Part shown: in pieces, positions 25,470 to 32,000 of the stretch
How the letters are laid out: every line of letters starts with the position of its first letter
Numbering within the stretch: the stretch's first letter is position 1
From: Candidatus Saccharimonadota bacterium
Lineage (GTDB): Bacteria > Patescibacteriota > Gracilibacteria > Absconditabacterales > Absconditicoccaceae
Length of the DNA: 32,000 nucleotides
NCBI GenBank assembly: GCA_000503875.1
Contig: CP006913.1
Location: forward strand, 1,140,001-1,172,000
Direction: 5' to 3'
The notes under the pieces: generated by a model
What the model was told of the DNA's origin: nothing
Databases searched by the model: none
The model's input: only the letters and a program-made list of their open reading frames with translations
Made by a program: the position numbers and the translations under genes

Positions 25470-26912
25470 ATGAAGAAAACAACAGAAAAGGACTCTTTGG
25501 TTTCTCAGATCAAAGCGATTCCAAATCAAGTTAAAATTTTTGTTTTGGGATTGTTTGTGGTAGTTTTGGCTCTTGTTAGTGTTTTGCCTAACTTAAATTA
25601 TAAATTCCTTCAAGGAAGCATTTTAAATATAAAAACAGAATCAAAAGTTAATGGTTATGGTTATTGATATGGTTATGAACCTCCATATGTTTTTGTAGAT
25701 GATGATTGATATGGATATGGTTATCAAGTAGATGAAAACACTAAAAAATATATTAGAATTAGAAATATTGAATTTTATTTTGATAATATGTCTGATATAT
25801 TAACTGTAAAAGTAATATATAGTCCAAGATATGAAGGCACTATGATTGTAGAACCATCTATTTATCTTGTTGAGCCAGCACAAATAAATTATTGAACCAC
25901 AAATCCATCATATATTGGGAAATGTTTGGTTTTGGAAAACAATGATATTTGTATTATGAAACAACAATTTACTATAAATAGAACATTGCATGGAAATCAA
26001 ATAAAAGTAACACCAGTATTTAAAACAAGAGTTACTGCAGTATCAAATAATGATCAAAGAGCTTTATGACAAATAATAATCGATAATGCCAGCACAAATA
26101 CAACTTGTCAAACACCAGAAAACATATTAGCGTGTTCTTTGCATTTAACATCTTGTCCAAGTGAATGTAGACCAGCTCAATGTCAAACACCAGAAAATGT
26201 ATTAGCGTGTTCTTTGGGGTTAGATTCTTGTCCACAAGAATGTATATATAATTGAAATACTACTTTAACAGGGAATGTTTGTCAAACACCAGAAAATGTA
26301 TTAGCATGTTCTTTGCATTTAGCATCTTGTCCACAAGAATGTAGACCAGCCCAATGTCAAATACCAGAGAATGTATTAGCGTGTTCTTTAGGGTTAGATT
26401 CTTGTCCACAAGAATGTATATATGGAGCAACTTCAGGAAACACAACATCATACTGGACTAACTGGCTCAATAGAGATGGTCCATCTGGAAACGGAGATTA
26501 TGAAACATATGCTGATTTTATGCCAGTTCCTTGTAAAGATGGATATCAACCAATTGATGTAAAATTTATTCGTGCTGACGAAAGTGAAACAACACAAACT
26601 ATTCATTTTTCATCGAAAGGTGGGTATTGTTTAAATAGTGAAAATTCAAAATGATGTGCAGATTATAAAGTGAAATTCTTTTGTGAAAAAACAGGAAGCA
26701 AACCAACGATTATTGAAAAGCCAAAAGAAACACCAAGAGTTATTGAACAACCAAAGGTTGTAGAAACACCGATAGTTATAGAAAAGCCAAGAACTGTAAA
26801 AGAAGCAATAACTATAGAAGCTAAACCAACACCAAAGACAAAAGAAACGATTGAAACTAAAACTACAGCAGAATCAACAATTTTAGATATTTTCAAAGAT
26901 CTTTTAAAATAA
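25470..26912 (+). CDS. Membrane-anchored surface protein: GY repeats, 4 Cys-rich repeats, WxxW (mucin-2-type) domain, Pro/Lys/Glu-rich tail
   Basis: 480 aa. The signal anchor is VKIFVLGLFVVVLALVSVL. GYGYGYGY...GYGYGY follows. CQTPENVLACSL.L.SCP.EC occurs four times. YWTNWLNRDGPSGNGDYETYADFMPVPCKDGYQPIDVKF...GGYCLNSENSKGCADYKVKFFC (26451-26684) fits the WxxW domain pattern. The tail reads KPTIIEKPKETPRVIEQPKVVETPIVIEKPR. Stop is TAA 26910-26912. Confidence 0.85.
26106..26423 (+). repeat. In-frame tandem duplication: two ~144-bp super-repeats (period 174 bp), each made of two 69-75-bp Cys-rich units
   Basis: Units lie at 26106-26180, 26181-26249, 26280-26354 and 26355-26423. 26106-26249 and 26280-26423 differ at only about ten positions. 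Confidence 0.9.
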
Positions 26913-26928
26913 AAGGTAATAATTGATA

Positions 26929-26957
26929 AAAAAGACTCCTCCTCGTGGGGAGTTTTT
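26929..26957 (+). terminator. Rho-independent terminator
   Basis: ACTCCTC, CTCGT loop, GGGGAGT, then T5. Confidence 0.6.
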
Positions 26958-27026
26958 CTTTAGACTTGAAAAAACAAACAAATACCATAAAACAAATCAG
27001 ATTTTTATTCTATATTTTGGATATTG

Positions 27027-29411
27027 ATGGCAGACAATCTAGTTATCGTGGAGTCTCCTGCGAAATCACAAACAATCAAAAAGTTTCTTTGACCAGATTA
27101 TGAGGTGAAAGCGTCCTTCGGACACGTAGTAGATCTTCCTCAAAAATCATTGGGAATCGATATAGAAAATAATTTTCAGCCACAATACGAAGTCTCTCCT
27201 GACAAGAAAAAAGTAATTTCAGAACTTAAATCCTTAGCAAAAAATGCCAAAAAGGTATGGATCGCTACCGATGAAGACCGCGAGGGAGAAGCTATCGGAC
27301 GACACGTAGCCAACCAATTAGGATTAGATATCAAAAAGACATCAAGAATCGTATTTCACGAAATTACTAAAGATGCAATCCAACACGCTGTAGCAAATCC
27401 AAGAACATTAGATATGCATTTAGTTGATGCTCAGCAGGCAAGAAGAGTCCTCGATAGACTTGTTTGATTCGAATTGTCACCGGTGCTCCGAAGAAAAATT
27501 AAAGCAGGTCTCAGTGCCTGAAGAGTACAATCAGTTGCGGTAAGATTGATTGTTGAAAGAGAAAGAGAAATACAAAAATTCGAATCAGAATCTAGCTTTA
27601 AAGTAGTTGGATTTTTTATAGGAGATGCAAAACAACCATTCAAAGCAGAACTTTCTAAAGAATTCAAAACCCAGCCAGAAGCCCAAAGCTTCTTGGAAGA
27701 AATAAAAGCAGCATTATACAATATCTCAGATATCGAGGTGAAACCAGGTAAAAAATCACCTTCAGCTCCATTTACAACATCAACACTTCAACAAGAAGCA
27801 AGTCGTAAAATGGGATTTCCTGTTGCCAGAACCATGCAAGTTGCTCAGAAATTATACGAAGCAGGATTGATTACCTACATGAGAACTGATTCCGTAAATC
27901 TTTCTGAAACAGCAATCGCTGCGTGTCAGCAAGAAATTACAAAACTCTATGGAAAGGATTATTCCAAACCAACAAACTATGTGACCAAATCAAAAGGCTC
28001 ACAAGAAGCGCATGAATGTATCAGACCTACGCATATGGAAAATTCAGTAGCAGGAGCAGATCCTCAAGAAAAAAAACTCTATGAACTGATTTGGAAAAGA
28101 ACATTAGCTTCTCAAATGGCCCCAGCCGAAGTAGAAAAGACTAAGGCTACGATAGATATATCAACCAGTAAACTAAAATTTATCGCCACAGGAGAAGTAA
28201 TTAAATTCGAATGATTTCTCAAAGTATATATGGAATCTCATGATGACGAAGATGATCAAAATCAAGAAGGAATGTTACCAATTTTGAAAAAAGGAGAACT
28301 CTTGACGATGCAATCAATTCTTGCGGGTCAAAAATTCAAAAACCATCCACCAAGATATACAGAAGCAAGTCTGGTTAAAAAGCTTGAAGAGCTAGGAATT
28401 TGACGTCCGTCTACTTATGCACCGACAATTTCTACGATTCAAAAAAGAGGATACGTGGTGAAAGAAGATAGACCGGGGGAACAGAGATCTTTTGTCGAGA
28501 TGATCCTCAAAGCCGGACAAATTACCACAGAAACCAAAAAACAGATGACCGGTGCCGAGAAACAAAAGCTGTTCCCAACTGATATTGGGATGGTTGTTAC
28601 TGATTTTCTCGTAGAACATTTTTCTGATATTATGGATTATAACTTCACAGCAAATGTAGAAGAAGATTTCGATAAAATCGCAGAAAATCAATTACAACGA
28701 CAAGATATGATGCTCAATTTTTATGGATCATTTCATGCATCGGTTGTAGATACTATGGGAAGTGCAGAAAGACAAAGCGGTGAAAGAGAGTTGGGAATTG
28801 ATCCCGTAAGTGGTAGAAAAGTAATTGCAAGGATTGGAAGGTTTGGTCCAATGGTACAAATCGGACATCAAGACGATGAAGAAAAACCAAAATTCGCATC
28901 ACTTCCAGCAGGTAAAAATATAGAAACGGTTACGATAGAAGACGCACTCAAAATGTTTGCATTACCAAGAGTTGTTGGTATGTATGAGGGGAAAGAAATG
29001 GCTGCAGCAATAGGAAGATTCTGACCATATATCAAGCGAGCATCGGTGTTCGCATCATTGCCTCGTGACGCAGGATACGACGTTTTCACGATAACTGCTG
29101 AGCAAGCCGAAACCTTGGTAAAAGCCAAAGTTGAACAAGTTCAAAATAGAAATATCAGTGCCTTCGATTACCACGGAAAACAAATCGAGGTGCTCAAAGG
29201 TCAATACGGACCATATATTAAATTTGACAAAAATAATTTCAAAATACCAAAAGGATGAAAAGATGCAACGGATCTTACCCTCGAAGATTGTATGGCTATC
29301 ATAGGTCCTAAAGCATTATGATCAGACACACCGGCAAAATCATCTGCTAAATCAGAAAAACCAAAGAAAAAAGCACCAGTTAAAAAAGCTTCACCTAAAA
29401 AGAAGAAATAA
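27027..29411 (+). CDS. topA: DNA topoisomerase I
   Basis: Toprim domain MADNLVIVESPAKSQTIKKFLG...ATDEDREGEAIG. Also DAQQARRVLDRLVGFELSPVL, SAGRVQSVA (Gly-TGA at 27519) and the active-site region LITYMRTDS. The C-terminus is Lys-rich. Five track fragments share one frame and are joined by 8 Gly-TGAs. Stop is TAA 29409-29411. Confidence 0.95.
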
Positions 29412-30424
29412 TGTACTACCTTCGATACGAGTACCTTTCAGAAAGTTTCCCGAGATGTAATGTCTTCAAAATACGTGATAACAAGGAACTCTTGCACTAC
29501 ACGATTCATGAAGATCTTTCTAATATTGTTCAACAATCCAGAGAATATCCCAAATACGATCACTTTTTCTTGCTCGACGAAAGCAGATTTTCTTTTTTTA
29601 GATGCGATGTAAATCAACTTTTTGAGGAGGAAATCACTATTCATACGCTCAATGAACTCACCAAAGAAAAAATTAGAGAGACTAAAGACGCTCATGGAAT
29701 TTGATGAGAAGTTGTGATGAATTATGTCGATACGATATTCGTAGATGGCAAAGAAAAGAAATTTCTTATTGGTCAAAAAGGTCAGATTTTCTTTAGATTA
29801 TATATTATATTTATAGCAAAAACGAGTCTGAATTTGTTTGACTCGGTCTATGGAACAACATTGGAAAAGAAAAATATAAATCTGATTCCTCAGTCATTAT
29901 ATACCTTACTATTTTTGAGAAACAATCTCAAGAAAGATAATTTTGTACTGCTGTATATTACCGAGAGCTATGCAAAAGCAATCACCGTGAAAGACGGTTT
30001 CTATGCGGGAATTGACGTGTTAAACCTCGGTATGGGAGCACTCAAACAAATGTACAAAGACAATGGCGTTGTCCAGTATCGATACAAAGAATACCAAGCA
30101 ATAGAAGCAAACCCTCTTGCAAAAGAACTGGTAGTAGAAACTCTGGAATTTTATTCACAACTCTTTTGCAAACGATTATTCGAAAAACATCTCGGCGGTA
30201 TGGATATTATTGTTATTTCTCCTATCACCAAAAACGAGCATTTCATCGAAACCTTCAACAAAGAATATAGAAAAATGAGTAACAACTATATCGTTCCTTT
30301 CCATCATTCCAACTCTCTCAATTCTTTTGGTATAGAACGAGAACCAGAAAATATGGACAGCCTCGTCTTTGTAAATCAAGAAGAAAAGATTAGAAAATTG
30401 CTGTTGGGAGAGGAGAAAAATTAA
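29411..30424 (+). CDS. Hypothetical protein (337 aa), translationally coupled to topA
   Basis: Its ATG overlaps the topA stop (TAATG). Track ORFs 29411.. and 29714.. share one frame and are joined by TGA TGA (29702-29707). No confident family assignment. Confidence 0.65.
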
Positions 30425-31419
30425 TGTAAGTTTTCTTTTTCTACATAAGAAATAAAATTATCTAAAGAAGTTTCCTTTAATAAATGTCTATCATTATTAA
30501 TTATTCATTTAATCCGGTTATTGTCTTCAGTAAAATCAAGTCTCTCTTCAGGTAAATTATGTTTATTGTTTTCTCTATCTGATAATTTTTTTGCATATCT
30601 TTTAAGGGTCATCAATAAGAATAGTCCCTCAAGATATTCTTTTGTAAAAGGAAAAGAACAATGTTTTCTATATCAAGAAAAAAATCATTCAACGTTAATT
30701 CTTCAATTTCTAATAAGTTTAGCCATTCATAAACCAATAATTTCTCTACCACTAATGCCTTCTTCATCTATAAAATAAAGATGTTCATACTGATCAAATA
30801 ATAAATTTCATGTGTGAGCATCAATCAAATCCAATCATAGATTGTTTTCTTTAGGGTCGAAAAGGATGTTAATTTTTTCTAAAATTTTTATTTGTTCTTC
30901 TGGGGAAAAAGTTTTTATTGCTTTTGAAATTCTTTTAATATGTTTAGATTTTACCTCTTCAAAATCCTCTTTTGATCTATCTTTTCTATATTGATTTGCT
31001 TGTCAAAGAATCTCTCATAGTTTATAATTTTTGTTAGGTCATTTGTATTGATGATATTCTATTGAATTGGAAATTCGTTTATAAAGCAAATATTTTCATT
31101 CTCTTCCATAATAATCAGGAAGAATATTTTTTAATTTTTTTGAATTAGTGTCTATTCGTTTGGCTTTTTTTTCTGATTCACAGATTCTCAATTTATAGGT
31201 GTTTTCTCAATCAGTTATTTTAAAGACCTCTCAACTTTGAGCGCTTTCATGATATATTTTTTCCGCTTTGAGTAGTTTATTTTTATAGTTAATTATATTA
31301 GAAAATGGTTTTGCATAAAGGTCTTCTATAAGTTCGTTTTTTTCTTTTTTAAGAAAATCATAATTTATTTTAGAAATCATATATTTAGTTTTATCTTTAA
31401 TTTTTGAGAGAATTTCCAT
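30421..31419 (-). CDS. Protein-kinase-like fold phosphotransferase (APH/choline-kinase-type motifs)
   Basis: 332 aa in a minus-strand frame with about 15 Gly-TGAs, checked with no TAA/TAG. The catalytic-loop-like LIDAHTGNLLFD is followed by YFIDEEG (D-x-E metal-binding motif). The start was chosen at ATG 31417-31419 because the upstream TTG of the track ORF is the -35 box. Confidence 0.6.
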
Positions 31420-31447
31420 AGAGGATTCTAATAATAAAAATCTAATA

Positions 31448-31476
31448 ATTATATTTGTTTTGCTTGATTTTGTCAA
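31448..31476 (-). promoter_or_regulatory. Consensus sigma70-type promoter (minus strand)
   Basis: The reverse complement reads TTGACA-N17-TATAAT, with -35 at 31471-31476 and -10 at 31448-31453. Confidence 0.7.
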
Positions 31477-31501
31477 AAAATAATAATATCAAATCAAAAA
31501 A

Positions 31502-31529
31502 TTGACAAAAAATAAAAAAGATATATAAT
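31502..31529 (+). promoter_or_regulatory. Consensus sigma70-type promoter (plus strand), divergent from the previous one
   Basis: TTGACA (31502-31507), N16, TATAAT (31524-31529), 35 nt upstream of ATG 31564. Confidence 0.65.
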
Positions 31530-31563
31530 AATGGTAGTTTTATTTGCTACCAAAAGTTTTTTT

Positions 31564-32000
31564 ATGAAACGAAAGCGCTATAGTCGAATAGTAGCTAGTG
31601 TGATTTCCCTTGCATCAACAGGGGTTTTTGCTAGTTCAATCATTCCTATAGAAGACTATAACCAATCAATTCGCACCTTTTCCTGATCTACAGAAATTGG
31701 TATCTTGGAAAAACGACGATTAACACAAAAAGCGCTTTGTACTATAGAACAAGATGGTGAAGGTTTTGTTATTTCACCCAGTTGTTTGCTTCGTCCTATT
31801 ATCGCAGAAATGTCTGTAAAATCAGCTTTGGATTTACTAACACCATATTTAGAAGGAGTTCCAATTGTGTACAATACTGCTTCTCCCAATTTTTCTTACG
31901 AAGCAACTACTCCGATTTTTTCCCAAAAACTATTTCCAGTAACTATTAGAGACCCTCTTGATTACGCTTTTTTATTATCACTACAAAAAGAGGAAAAAGT
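31564..32000 (+). CDS. 5' part of a secreted hypothetical protein (continues beyond the window)
   Basis: MKRKRYSRIVASVISLASTGVFASS is a signal peptide. The frame stays open to the window end, with a Gly-TGA at 31684-31686. Confidence 0.55.

Noticed and set aside
26032-26896. The repetitive look of 26.0-26.9 kb was considered as a possible CRISPR array or non-coding satellite. This also covers the antisense ORFs 26032.., 26260.. and 26663...
   Set aside because: The repeats are in frame within a long table-25 ORF. They encode a conserved Cys pattern and have no unique spacer-like intervals of regular length. The antisense ORFs are mirror images of these coding repeats.
29438-30379. Minus-strand ORFs 29438..29776 and 30176..30379.
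   Set aside because: They are antisense to the 337-aa topA-coupled gene, whose two track fragments join in frame across TGA TGA.
1-32000. The alternative reading TGA=Trp (table 4, Mollicutes-like).
   Set aside because: TGA falls on invariant Gly positions in the Walker A motif, LSGGQ, HPD-RGGD, CxxCxGxG and SAGRVQS. Trp is encoded by TGG throughout. None of the TGA sites aligns with a conserved Trp.

Overview
This is an AT-rich bacterial window that only makes sense when in-frame TGA is read as glycine. That is translation table 25 (Gracilibacteria / Absconditabacteria-SR1), so the genome is CPR/Patescibacteria. The supplied standard-code ORF track therefore splits nearly every host gene. 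Re-joined across TGA, the window encodes housekeeping genes: cutA, an MsbA-like ABC exporter, uvrC, folA, yceD/DUF177, tilS, dnaJ, an archaeal-type cmk and topA. These are interspersed with lineage-specific hypothetical, membrane and secreted proteins, including a TrmB-like regulator, an EgtD-like methyltransferase, a Cas4-like PD-(D/E)XK nuclease, a GT-C-like membrane protein and a kinase-fold protein. Two things stand out. (1) At 15.5-20.5 kb sits a compact three-gene minus-strand operon typical of Bacteroidota: a SprB-repeat adhesin with a type-B T9SS C-terminal domain, then PorP/SprF, then a PD40/TolB-like protein. It has no TGA in 1,598 codons, while the flanking host genes are peppered with Gly-TGA. 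The best explanation is a recent cross-phylum, cross-genetic-code acquisition; an assembly chimera is less likely but not excluded. (2) At 25.5-26.9 kb is a membrane-anchored surface protein combining GY repeats, four near-identical Cys-rich 23-25-aa repeats, NTT sequons and a eukaryote-type WxxW (mucin-2/CILP) domain. It is divergently paired with the GT-C-like membrane protein. Also noted: a ~49-nt conserved leader shared by two hypothetical operons, twin terminators, a heptamer array, consensus sigma70-type promoters and a CIRCE-like operator before dnaJ. No rRNA, tRNA, CRISPR array, transposase or integrase was recognised. All functional calls rest on motif recognition by eye; no database search was possible.
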